Below, piece after piece: positions 40,575 through 53,710 of a stretch of 64,000 nt of DNA. Source of the DNA: the human T2T-CHM13v2.0 reference genome, Homo sapiens. The stretch lies in assembly GCF_009914755.1 (NCBI RefSeq), contig NC_060930.1; one strand, given 5' to 3'. The translations under genes and the position numbers were made by a program. The notes beneath the pieces were generated by a model. The model had not been told where the DNA came from and did no database searches. It saw only the letters and a program-made list of their open reading frames with translations. Within the stretch, counting starts at the first letter, position 1. Each line of letters opens with the position of its first letter.

Positions 40575-42066
40575 TTATTTTTTTCTTTTATTTTTATAAT
40601 TGCAACTTTTATTTTAGATACAGAGGACACGTGCAGATCTGTTACATGGGTATATTTGTGACATTTGTTCAGTGGTAGATACAAATAGTTTTAATTGTAA
40701 CTGAAGTTTGGGGTATGATCCTGTCACCCAGGTATTGAGAATAGTGTCCAATAGGTAGTTTTTCACCCATTGCCTGTCTCCATTCCTTCCCCTTCTAGTA
40801 GTTCACATTGTCTATTATTCCCATCTTTATGACCATGTATACTCAAAGTTTAGCTCTCAGTCATCAGTGAGAACATACAGTATTTGGCCTTCTGTTCTTG
40901 CATTAATTCACCGAGGATTATGGCCTCCAGCTGCATGCATGTTGCTGCAAAGGACATGATTTTGTTCTTTTTTTGGCATCATAGTATTCCAAGGTATATA
41001 TGCACCATATTTTCTTTATCTGTTCCACCATTGATTGGCATCTGTGTTGATTCTATGTCTTTGCTATTGTGAACAGCACTGTGATGAATGTATGAATGCA
41101 TGTGTCTTTTTGGTAGAATGATTTATTTTCTTTTGGACATATACCCAATAATGGGATTGCTGGGTTGAAAGGTAGCTCTGTTTTTAAGTTTTTTGAGTAA
41201 TCTCCAAATGGCTTTCCACAGTGGCTGAAATATTAATAATTTACATTCTCACGAACAGTGTATAAGCATTCCTATTTCTCCCGAGCCTCACCAGCATCAT
41301 TGTTTTTTGTCTGTTTAATAATCACCGTTCTGACGGGTGTGAGATGGTATCTTATTGTGGTTTTGATTTACATTTCTCTGATGACTAGTGGTGATGAACA
41401 TTTTTTCATATTCATTGTCTGCGTGTATGTCTTCTTTTGAGAAGTATCGGTTCATGTCCTTTGCCCACTTTTTAATGGAATCATTTGTTTATTGCTTGTT
41501 GATTTATTTTAGTTCCTTATGGATTCTGGATTTTAGACCTTTGTTGGATGCAGTTTGTGAATGTTTTCTTCTATTCTGTAGGTTGTCTGTTTACTCTGTC
41601 GATAGTTTCTTTAATTTGGTCCTACTTTTATTGCAATTGCTTTTGGGGACTTGGCCAAAATTATTTGCCAAGGTCAATGTCAAGAAGAGTATTTCCTAGG
41701 TTTGTAGTCGAAGGTCTTATATTTAAATCTTTAATTAATCTTGGGTTGATTTTTATATATGGTGAAAGGTAGGAGTATGGTTTTATTCTTCTGCACATGG
41801 CTAGCCAGTTATCCCTGCACCATTTCTTGAATAGAGAGTCCCTTTCCCATGGCTTGTTTTTGTCAGCTTTGTTGAAGATCAGATGGTTTTAGGTGTGTGG
41901 TTTTATTTATGGGTTCTTTATTCTGTTCCATTGATCTATGTGTCTATTTTTGTATCAGTACCATGCTGTTTTGATTATTGCAGCCTTATAGTTTAGTTTG
42001 AAGCCAGGTAGTGTGATGCCTCAAGCTTTGTTCTTTTTGCTTATGATCACTTTGGCTCTCTGGGCT
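40575..42066 (-). mobile_element. 5'-truncated L1PA (about L1PA15-16)
   Basis: 3'UTR 'gtgcagatctgttacatgggtatat...gtttggggtatgatcctgtcacccagg' and ORF2 3' region. Confidence 0.9.
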
Positions 42067-42199
42067 CCAAAATCTAATACACTTTTCTATGTCTAGTAGG
42101 GACTAACTCTCTGCCCAGAGTTTAATCATGAAATTAGTGAGCCAGTGTTACTAATAGAAATATGACCTATCTCTCAGACATAATAGGGCATAAAAACTT

Positions 42200-42355
42200 C
42201 AGCGGCTGAAAAATCATCTGAAAGACTTTTTAAAAATGTACAATCTGAGCCATTTTTTTCTGATTTACTGTATCAAAAACTCTAGAGTTGGATCTAGAAT
42301 TCAGTATTTTTAGCAAGCACTTGAAGTAATGTTTCTAAACACTAAAATTTCAAAG
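42200..42355. mobile_element. MER5-like hAT MITE
   Basis: 'aatcatctgaaagactttttaaaaatg...ctgatttactgtatcaaaaactctagagttggatctagaattcagtatttttagcaagcac'. Confidence 0.6.
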
Positions 42356-43475
42356 CAATAACTCCTTAATAAATGACACCACTTTTACATACATTTATGA
42401 CTATAGTTGTAAGTATGCGTAATAAACATTCAATCTCAATAATATCCAAAAATGCAAGAACATAAAGATCTTCTACAATGAAAGACACATTAAAACTTAT
42501 AATGCAAGACATAGAAAGATTCTCACTACCATAACCTTTCAGGAGAAAGTTTTTTGCTGCCTTTTCCTCAGAAATTTAGAATCACTATGATATTTTGAAA
42601 TCTTTATGAACCTCAAGATGTTTACTTTTAGATCTTGTTTTAAACATACTACCAATTATAAGATTGTTTATATTAAATGATAATTTTAAAGGATCAGGAA
42701 TGTGATAATATTGTCAAGTATTGGGGGGAAATTGCCCTAAATAGCATTATAAATAAATCATCCAATCATCAGTGTTACTCAAAGTTCATTCTTTGGAACC
42801 CTATTACCTTCAGATACAGTACGAACTAAAAGCATTATTGTTATCAAATAGGTGTGAGAAATGATGCATTGTATAGCACATCTGATTGCAGTGAATCACA
42901 ATGCACAATAACATATCTAAGGCTCTGGAGAGGTCTTACAAGTGCTCAACCTTCCCAATACAGTTTAGCCCAACTAATACATAGTAATATATTGAGAAGA
43001 AATATACATTTGGATATACTAATTTATATGACTCGTACAATTGGTCCCTTTAAATTGGCAATCAACATATACTTTATTAAATTATACTACTTCCAAGTTC
43101 TGAAAGTTATTTTTAATAATAGAGTCTCTACTATACAAATCTAACTGGTTATGTCTAGGAAAATTTAGCCATCTTGTCTTTTTGTAAATAATTGTGAATA
43201 AAAATTCATTTTATAAAATGTAAATAATACCAATGAGTATTATAAAGTACCAAACAAAAAAAAGACATGCAAAATCTTTTATACTTTATTTTAAAATAAT
43301 TTTTGAGTACGTACTATGTCTGCCAGAAAATGTGCAAGATTCTGTGGAAATTGATCAATAGTAGATATACGTCCTGCCCTCCTTGAGGTTATGATATCAT
43401 AGAGAAGATAAATGTTAAGATACTATTAGGCATATGTTGAATGCTAGCTAAAAAAGTGGCGGGTGCTATAGAAAC

Positions 43476-43860
43476 TGCATTAGTCAAAGTTCTACAGAAA
43501 AACAGAACATACACACACATAAAGAAATTTAATTTAAAGGATTGGCTCACACAATTATAGGGACTTCGGAAAGTCTCAATCTGTAAGCAAGCCAGCAGGC
43601 TGGCAACTCCGGCAGGGGAATGCTACAGTATTGAGGAAGAATTTCTTTTCTGAGAAATCTTAGATTTTGCTCTCAATGCCTTTCAACTGATTGGTCGAAG
43701 CTCATCCACATCATCAAGGACAATCTCCTTTACTTAAAGTCAGTTGATTGTAGATGTTAGCCACACATACAAAATAGCTTCAAGCATCACCTAGATTTGT
43801 GTTTGATTAAATAGCTGGGTACTAACCTAGCCAGATTGATACATAAAACTAACTATCACA
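43476..43860 (-). mobile_element. MLT2D-like ERVL solo LTR
   Basis: 'tgcattagtcaaagttctacagaaaaacagaac...gcctttcaactgattgg...gatacataaaactaactatcaca'. Confidence 0.85.
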
Positions 43861-44799
43861 GCAATATATAAGGGGGCATATATAAAACAGTTAATCAATC
43901 AAACTGGGAAGCTCAAGATAGGTTTTATTTAAAAATCGAATTGAATTTAACTGAGACTTGAAATAAAAATAGAGTTAGGTAAAAATTAAGGGTAAATTAT
44001 AGGGTAAGGTAGGATCAAGAAGACAAAAAATCTTATATAGAAATATTCAAACATGAAAAGAATAGTGCTGATTATTTTGTTTCTTTCTTTTATATAGGAA
44101 GCACAAAAAAAGGAAGGAGTCAAGGATGATTTTTTGATTCCACAGAGTGAGTTATAGAACCACAAAAAGGAAAATAGTAGAGAAAAATCGTAGTTTCAGT
44201 TTGGGGTCTGTTAACTTTGAAATACCTATGAGCCCTCCACACAGAGATATCTAGTAAGAATATAAGAATATGGGCCTAGAGAGATTAGGTTTGGTGTTGT
44301 TAACTCAAGTAATCTAAATCTTGGGAATAGATGAAATCACCTGGGGAAGTGTAGGGTGAAGAGACAGGTATTTAGTCAGTGACCTGTGGCACTTAATTCA
44401 CCAAGATTTAATAGGAAAATAACCCAAAAAAGGAGATTGAGAGAGCAGCCAAATACATAGGTAATGTGGAGTGTGATATCAGGGAAACCAAGAAAAGGGC
44501 TTGTTGTAAGAAAAGTGTTGTGATCAAGAATGTTACGTCCTGCTGAGATGTCAAGCAAGACAAGGATAAAGAGGAATCCATTGGACTTTCTGACATGGAA
44601 TTCATTGCAGAAGCCCAATTTGAGGTAAGTGAGGAAAAACTGGACTTGAGGAAATAGAAACAGCATGTGTGAAAATAAGAGTGGAAAAAGTGGAAAAGGC
44701 CTAAGAGTGGAAAAAGACCTAGTGTGCCAAAAATGAAGGTCAAGGTGGGCAGGTGGAGTCAGGTAGTTTTTAGGCCATTTATTTGTAAACAGTTATTTT

Positions 44800-44812
44800 A
44801 TCTATGTGTCTA

Positions 44813-44843
<31 letters not shown>

Positions 44844-44844
44844 G

Positions 44845-44898
<54 letters not shown>

Positions 44899-44918
44899 CC
44901 TCCATCCATCCATCCATT
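44800..44918. repeat. Compound (TCTG)n(TCTA)n(TCCA)n tetranucleotide STR
   Basis: Direct inspection. Confidence 0.95.
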
Positions 44919-45465
44919 CAACTGTCATCTATTTAATCTATTTTTCTTTGGGGTTAAATTATGAAAGAGCAAGGAGAGAAGAGATTTAAAAACTATAAAG
45001 ACAGGGAATAATTGATAACATAACATCCCTGAGAAAATTGAAGAGGATGATATACAAAAACAAAATCATTTAGTTTTGGATGGAGGGTAGAGGTAGAGGG
45101 GTCTGTCATTGTATTAGAAGGAGAGGAGGAAAAAGAGGTCAAAGTGAAGGGAAAGGTAGCAAGATCCGACATTTCAGGAAAATGGAAAGTGTTTAAAGAT
45201 CTACAGTGAGAAATTGGAGATGAACTCACTGGGTAACAGTAAACATAGGGCAATTTTGAACACTCAGTGGAACTTGGAGACCACTCAAGAAATTTATCTT
45301 CTGTTATGTAATATATTTTTCTCAGTGGAATTGAGTAGCTTATATATACTCATGGAATAAATGGCTATATTTTTTCCAGATTGTTTAGATGAGTGTGACA
45401 ACAGGATAACAAAGCTGAGGAATTTAGGTTACTGGAAAAAAAGGGCAGTTTAAAGTGTTCTGTGC

Positions 45466-45754
<289 letters not shown>

Positions 45755-46282
45755 ATGGTCTGTGGAATATGGATTTAGAATAGAGGTAAGTGACATTAGA
45801 AAATAGAGGAGGCATAGGGAAGAGAAAAATGTCTGGTGGACAGAAATTTCATTGTTTAAAAAAAAAAAACAACTGTAGTGGGATAAACCAAATAGATAAG
45901 TAAGAGGACAGAATTTGTAGTTGTGCAGTAGAATGACTTACTGAAGAGTGGGGGAATAGTGGAATAGTGGAATAGTGGAATGGAGGAAAATTTTGCAGAA
46001 GACAAAGAAGTTAAGCCTTTAACTAGCTGTCCATGTGTACATGTAATTGTCATGGTATCAAATAAAAAATTGGAGTGGAAAACATGATGACACAGGTACT
46101 AATGACTTAAATGAGTGAGGAAGTAACCAGGCAAGTAGGCAGTGACAGTAATGAAGTGACAAAGGAATTTATAAAGCCATATGATGTGAACTAAATAGGA
46201 GAGGGATTTATTATTTTTTTTTTACAAGAGAGGCTATAATAGGAAATAAATAGAATGTAGTATATACCTATTTATTAGTGGC

Positions 46283-46326
46283 TATGTTATGTTATGTTAT
46301 GTTATGTTATGTTATGTTATGTTATG
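46283..46326. repeat. (TATGT)n pentanucleotide repeat
   Basis: Direct inspection. Confidence 0.95.
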
Positions 46327-46800
46327 AGTCTGAGTCTTCTGTGAACCAGATGCCAAGATGGAATTAGAAGAGCCAAGATTTATTGGGAACTATCTATGGG
46401 GGATAAAGAAGAAGGGGAGGAAGCAGAAGTAGGCAAAGAATGCCTTCAGACAGCAATTCAGCCCTGACATGTGTGAAAGGAGATAAGGAAGGAAGGGATA
46501 TTTGGTAGGAAACTCATGACTACGTGGGCATTCTGCAAAAGCCTCAGCCAGACCAATGTGGAGTCCCCAGGCAAATGTTTCTCCTTGGAAAAATCCCACA
46601 TCAGGCAGGCATGGCCCAGATTTATAGACCTCACCATATTTAGTCATTGGCTGTGAGCAGAGCATAGGATGTGTGGCTTTGGAGTAAAAGCCATTGTGGA
46701 CCCCAAGGTGCTGGAGGCTGTCGGCCAACTCTGCTTCCACGGAGGATTTTCTGGAAGGGAGATTTTAGTGGAAGACTTCTAAAACCTGCGTGCTTCATCT
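46325..46800 (-). mobile_element. ERVL solo LTR (LTR16/LTR33-like)
   Basis: 'cagatgccaagatggaattag...gatttattggg', 'gccttcagacagcaattcagccctgacatgtgtgaaaggag', 'agtcattggctg'. Confidence 0.65.
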
Positions 46801-48842
46801 TCTCAGGCATCCCACCTCTTCCACACAATCCTCTAAGCCTTTTTTGACCGCACTTATTTTATTTGGTTTGTTTTGCTTTCTTTCCTAGAAATACTCTATT
46901 TAGAAAATGACACCTACTAAATAAAGCTCCTCGAGAAACTTTCCTGGAGGTGGACTATATGACAAACATACTTGAAATGGACTGAACAAAGTTATTCTTG
47001 TGAGTTAGATGCAGCAATCCATATGCTTACTTGTAGAAGAAAAAAAGTGGTTTAAATTATAATCTGGATGTAAAAAATCTTAAAATCATGATGGTTACAT
47101 TCCTGCCTGATAGGAGGTTTTTTTCTGAGCCCCACATATTTCTATAGTCAGAGACTAAGTCCATAAGCCTAGCTTCCAGGTGGCTTCTGATCTTCATGCA
47201 GAGTATGGCTTGGATATCAGTGTGTTATGGATCAAATTTGATGGGTTAAAAGTCTGTATATCACAGGTGTTTCAAGATTAAAGGCAGGGGAGTGGTCTCT
47301 TCATCAGGGAACTGAGAGTTGTTATATGCACTTAATTATACATTTCTATATGTAATTATAAAGAGTTTTAAGAATAGTATATGCACATCTCTGCCATGGA
47401 TGATCTGGAACTTTAAAAATGGCATTTGTTATGAAATGACTAAATATAGTAATATAATTGCTATTGAGTTGTCCTTTTCTTGACTGTCAGGCAGTAACCT
47501 CATCATATCATTTAATTCTGATTGGCAGCTGTTTGGTACTATTCATCTTACTTTTTTCTCCTTGAACATTACTCACTTTGTAATCATTGTATCTTTAATA
47601 TCTTGTGTCATACATTTGAAGCAATCTGGCAGTTTCTGACAGAAAGAAGTTAGAAAATAAAAGCCAACTTCCCTGTGTTTTTTTCTGGTAGAATTGCTGA
47701 TATACCTACAACCATAGAAATATTATGAAAAAGTAGTTGAATTAAACAATGTCAGTGGGTTATAAATAATAATTGGCTCACTTTTATAAAAGCTATGTAT
47801 ATAATATTTAGAATTATTTGCTAATGATCAGTTTTCTATTCAATAGAAAAGCTGTATTTATTTACTAACAATAAATAAATGACAATTATTTTGCAGCATA
47901 AGCTGCTGTCTCTAAATCTCCCCTCTCCCCCAGTTTCTAATACTACTTAATGGCAGACAAATGGATATATTTCTCAACTGCTATTTTATTCCTATCTCCA
48001 TATGTTATCCTAATCATGAGCCACAATACCCCACTTTCCATGGTCAGTTTTGGATAACATATCTTATTTTCAACCAATTAGTGTATCCAGTTATCATATA
48101 AACCGTTTTTTGCATAGTAAAAAACAAACAGGAACAAGCCAGTTTTATGCTCCCAAATTCAGTTAATATGATAGCAAACAAAGGGTAAGAGAAAGCAAGA
48201 AAGTTTTAGGACTGAAAGATTGTTGGAAAAATAGGAAGTAGTAGTCAGAGAGTGGACTACAGGAAACTATTATGGAAGAGTTGCAGTTTTTAGTAATGGC
48301 AATGCTCAGGTTATGACCTGATAACATGAGATTTTAAAGCATGTTAGAGTTTAGAGATGAACAGAGGAAAATGGTGTGAAAAGGGCAATGATAGAAAAAG
48401 AGAGTCAATATCCCATGATATTGAAACAAATAGCTACCGCTGCAAAGGATGGTGGAGGAAGCACCACCTTCAGGACTTATCTGTTAAAGGTGGAAGGTGA
48501 GTAGAATGTTCACAGAAGAGATTGAGCATGAAAGGACATTTGCTGAATGCCAGAGGGCACCCTGGAAAACTTGTGAGTGTTGGAGTATAAGCAGAGGTGG
48601 GTAAGAAGAAATGGCTCCCTCTTAATCCCTCTTGATGGAGGTGAGGTTGTCCAGGGTTCACTTTGGATTGCTGTGGGAGGAATGTGCAAGAGCTCTAACT
48701 TGGTAGGTAAAGTCTATTGGTGAAGCTAGTTCTTCTAGCATGCACACCCCCTTCATCTTGGTGATAGAGGGACACGAAAAAGTGTAATTTGTCTAAGTTA
48801 GACATTTTCTATATGTTAAGCCCATAAATATTTTACCTTCTC

Positions 48843-49160
48843 TTTATTCACTCATCAAATATTCATTGAGTTGCTGCTCAGCATCAGGTGCAGCAGCGAG
48901 CGCTTAGTCTCTGTCCTCCTGCTGCAGCAGAGAGTACGGTATGGGAAAGAGACAGAGCCAGTTATTTCACAAGCAAGAACCAATTAAAGCTGTGGCGATT
49001 TCTGTGGTGGAGAAGTGCATTTGGCAGGAAAGTATGTAACTGGAGGCTTAGATTTGCTTCAGTTGTCAGAGGGGCTTCTTTGAAGGAGTGACATTTAACA
49101 TTTTTTCGAAAGGATGCTGGTGAGCGGGTGAGGAAACATGTCAGACAGAAGGAAATGAAT
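48843..49160 (-). mobile_element. L2 3' fragment
   Basis: 'ttattcactcatcaaatattcattgagttgctgctcagcatcagg' ... 'ggcttctttgaaggagtgacattt'. Confidence 0.6.
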
Positions 49161-52100
49161 GGATAAGGATCTGAAGCCTGCATTCTACATAGTGCTCTTC
49201 CACTCCCTGTTATATCCCATACCCTCCCAAAACACAGAGCTTCTGAGGCTGTTCAAAGAGCAAATATTTTTGGAAATCTTTAAAGATAATTTGAAAAGTA
49301 CAAATGATTCTTTCCAGTGGGATGAAGGAAGAATGTTTTACCATTTTACTTATCCAACTGCTTTTCTTGAGTCTGAGAGAAGAGGGAGAGCTCTTTTTTG
49401 AGGGAAGCAATATTTTAGAGATCTATCAGTAGAATTGGAGTTTCTTAGATTTATAAAGTATTTTTTGTTAGTGTCAGAAGAATTTGAAAAGCAGGGGAGG
49501 AATATAAGAGCAGTATTATGGCTAACTTAAGACTTTTTACAACCTTTGCTCTTATCTCTATAATAAATTGTACAACCAACAATCTTTAAACTATTAGTAA
49601 GTCAGTAGTATTTCCTATTTCATTACTATGTGCCACCAAACTATGCACATTTCTTTGGTCAGAACTTTTTAAGGATATGATGTGTATACTTGTATAATAT
49701 TAATATTGTATAAAATGCCTCATTTGGATTTCTAAATATCTAATAAGATCTTTTCAAGTTTCTAATACAGCTTAATCATGGTTTTATGAAACAGTTATAA
49801 TGCCACGTGGAGTCATTTAAAAGATTTGTATTAGTTATAAGAAAATAAACAGAGCATATAGTAAATAATAAAAATTACAGTTCTTAAAAGTATAAGCACT
49901 GAAGTAACAAATTAACCATTACCCTCCCATTTTTTCCTTTTTTTTTTTTTTTTTTTAGAACAGGCAACTTAGATTAGTTTCTGATCAGTCAACTATCTTT
50001 TCCTTTTTGTTTTCTTGGATCCCTACTTGGGGAGCTTTTTATAAGGCTTATTCCCAGGCAACAGAATTCCACTTAATCTGTTATGTGAAACAGTGATCCA
50101 AGTTCCATTTTGCCACCTTGCCTGGAACACATGTGTTCCATTAACCACATTAGCTGAATTCCCAGCCATGCCTGCCCAGAAGCAGACCCAAGCAGGTTGA
50201 TGACATCATCCCACTCACTCCTTCTATTTTGTTTCAAGTTTATAAATATATTTATCTTTTTTGGGCATGAAGGACTTAAATTTTTCTCTTTGTATAATAC
50301 TATTTTAACAAAAATATTCTGATATGCTTCTTAGTTTATGAATTGATCTAAATGAAATCATGATATAAGGCAGTTTTACATTTTAGATGCCTGGGATAAA
50401 CCAGCTGAGATCCTTCACTTGGAGGTACAGGGATGTGGCAATTTAAAAGGTAATACAGTGCATTGATTGTATCATCTTCATCATTCAGCCCAAAGATCAA
50501 CTGAGCATCCTCACTATCCAGAGTCTACTAAACACTAATAGTCAAGTTAAAGAGATAAATTATCTTTTAATTCAAAGATTTTACAATTTAGTAAAGGTTT
50601 CAGCTATGTAATACAGTGGTATTAGGAAAAAAGAAAGTTAGTACAACGATGACGCACTTTTTCTAGGAATTCAAAAAATGATGGTTAAATACAAAATGGG
50701 AAATCAAGAAAGGAGGGAGATGGGGACAGAATTACAGAGCATCTATTATTTGAACAAGGCCTTGCATGAGAGAAAAGTTTTTAAGGGAAGAAAAAATGGA
50801 AAAGAAAGTGCTTTCTCTTCCTCTGAGATAAAATGGGCAAAGGAGAAGAAAGTGGAGGTAAAAAAAAAGTATATTTCAAGTTGAAGATGAGAAAGTACAA
50901 TTCTCTTGGATGGCCTTGATTTTCTTAGTTGAGCAGATGAAAGATAGAAGTGCATGGTTAGGCAAAATGAGAAAGAAAATCAAAGGTAGAATAATTAGAT
51001 GGATGCATAGCTGGTTAGATAGATGGGAGGAAAAATATAGAAAATATAAAAAACAAACACTTTTTGAATAATTAGTCCCTGCCAGGCACTATATTTTCAC
51101 ATTCGCTATTTGAAGCCAAATATGAAGAACACAGTGATACTAGAATCTTACAATTTGTGGTGGAGCTAGGGAAATCCACTTATATCAATTTGTCATCAAA
51201 CTTCAGCAAATAGAATTGGTGGGTGGTCTTTTTAATCCTTAACTTTTGTGGTTGCAGATATCTTGAGTATAGTCTTTTCCTTTTAGAAGGCAAATACTGT
51301 AATTTTCATGTCTGTCTCCCATGTCTTTCTCTAATTACTTCATTACCTGAATGGTCTCTTCAGAAATATAATTTTCTGGTAAAAATAAAATTATATGGAG
51401 TTAAGTGACAACTCTGTGCTTTTTGTATATGCAGCCACTCTATCATGCAGATATGGTAGTTAAGTTGCTCAGTTTTAATTTGGGGCAATAGACTGAGCAG
51501 CCATTTAAGAAGCTGAAGAGTAGCTTCTCTTTTTCGGTTTTGTGTGAATCGTGGGTGTAATTTAAAAGGCAAAAATGGAGAAAGCCTTTCTGGTCCTGGA
51601 TAGTGAAGCTTACAGGAATAAGAAGAGAAAAATTGAATTTAAAAACAACAACAACAAAACATCTGTTTCCTCAGAATTAGCTGCTACTACCCCCTTCTTC
51701 TTTTTTTTTTTTTCAATGTGTACGAGAATCCAGAATTTCTTCAGTGCCACAACTGAAACAAAAGGTGTCTGGATTAGACATAAGTGTAGACTACAGCAAA
51801 ATGCTTCAAAAGATCCAAGTGGCACCACTTACATAAGCCCTCAGGTACCCGTTACCTTACAGGATGAATGGCATCTCATTGCAGCATGTAAGAACTTAGA
51901 GACAGCATGGGAGCCAAACATGGTTTGGCTCCTCTCTTTACTTCCACAAAGGTAAATCAGCTTCTTTCTATACTCTGATTCTATATTTGGAAAAAGGAGG
52001 AACAGGGAAGTTCCCTTAGAGGGGAAAAACATGCCTAAAAGATGGAATCCATATATTCATTTTTCCTAATTTTCACCTGCTATGAATGAAGTAATGTCTT

Positions 52101-53657
52101 TATTTTAGCAAAATTATCCATTTGGACAATAAATGGCCACCTTATTATCAACGAGCTTGAACTTTCAATTGATTTAATATGTACAGTAAACTGACAGTTT
52201 TAAATTGGAAGATAATAAACTTGGCAAGTCTACTCAGCAATTTGCCTTTGGTTGGTTTTCTATCCCTACTCCCAAATTCCCTACACATGCCCCATTATCA
52301 TTGGAAATAAAAATTTCCAGAGCAAAATGAAGTTAGTTAGAGAAAATGATGGTTGTTTTTGCATGTTAGTTTAAGCATTTAATCTTAATTCTGCCATACC
52401 AATCTTGAGTAGACAGGTCTGTGTGTAATACAAGCAGAGTATTGCCACAATGTCTCTAATCACCGGTTTTTTATTCACATTGGTGAATGTCATCAACTTT
52501 TAGATCATCCACCAAAAATCCTTAGTGTAACTGCAAACCTAGAGTTTTTCTCTATTTTACAAACACACTAATACATGTCCTCATGTTTTATTGAATTTCT
52601 AATGTTAAATGACCCATTGGCATATATTATTATCTGGGATAGAAAATATATAACTCAATGATAAAAATATATTTTAATGGCAGATTTACTTGGTATTCCT
52701 CTTACATTTCATACAAGGTATGCACAAAACAGAAATTTTAACTTTTCTCACCTGAAATATCTACAATTTCTTATCAATCTCAAAGAAAATACATTATGTT
52801 TGAATAGGGTTGTCCTAGGAATGTACAGAAACCATGTATTTCTAATCCCTTAAACTAGGTTTGTTGACTTTTTGGAAACCTTAGACTTCCAATACTTAAA
52901 ATTCATACACTGGTCTTTACTTTTAGAAAACAAATTTGAGAATCACCATATATATATTTTTGAAAATTTTGGAAATATGTTTGCTTATAGCAAGGTAGGA
53001 AAATAGATTGCTTATAGCATAAACATCGTTGACATTTATTTTGAAGAAAAAAAGCAAACTAAGTAATTTCACAGACAGAACAAAGCCAGGCTTTCAAAAA
53101 AACTTATGTGCTCTACATATACTACAGCTACATGAAAGTAACTTGTAATAAGTTTTAATATTCACATGTCAAATGGATAAAATAATTAAAAATTCTCAAA
53201 ATATTAAATTATTAATTTATGAATTACCTTATAAGTGCTTATTTAATGGGAAAAGACCAGCACTTTGAACCTAGAGCTTTGGCCCATGTTCAATTTAAAT
53301 GATAACCTGTGATTCTAAACTAGAGGGTTTAACATCCCCAGTAGAAAGGTCAATGGGAAATGTAGGAAATGAGATTTTTTTTCAGTCACCCTAAGGAATT
53401 CTTAACTACCTTGCTTGGGTATAAGATAAGTGTCTGACAAGGAAAGAATTGTCCCCTCAAAAAATCCATCTTTATTAGCATCCCCGTTGACTGGAACTTA
53501 ATTAAATTTATTTATACTTGCTGGACACAACTGAACATCTAAGATTCCTTCCAGCTCTGAAATACTCCGCAACAGTTACTTAGGAAGAATTAAACTGATG
53601 CAGTTACTCTAGTAGAATCAGATATACTTGTGGTTTATATGTGCAGGAATACACATT

Positions 53658-53660
<3 letters not shown>

Positions 53661-53706
<46 letters not shown>
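53661..53706. repeat. (AC)23 microsatellite
   Basis: Direct inspection. Confidence 0.97.

Positions 53707-53710
<4 letters not shown>

Noticed and set aside
51575-51955. 126-aa ORF ending near an AAG|gtaaat donor-like site
   Set aside because: Runs through poly-T and (AAC)n tracts, with no recognisable homology or convincing exon pairing
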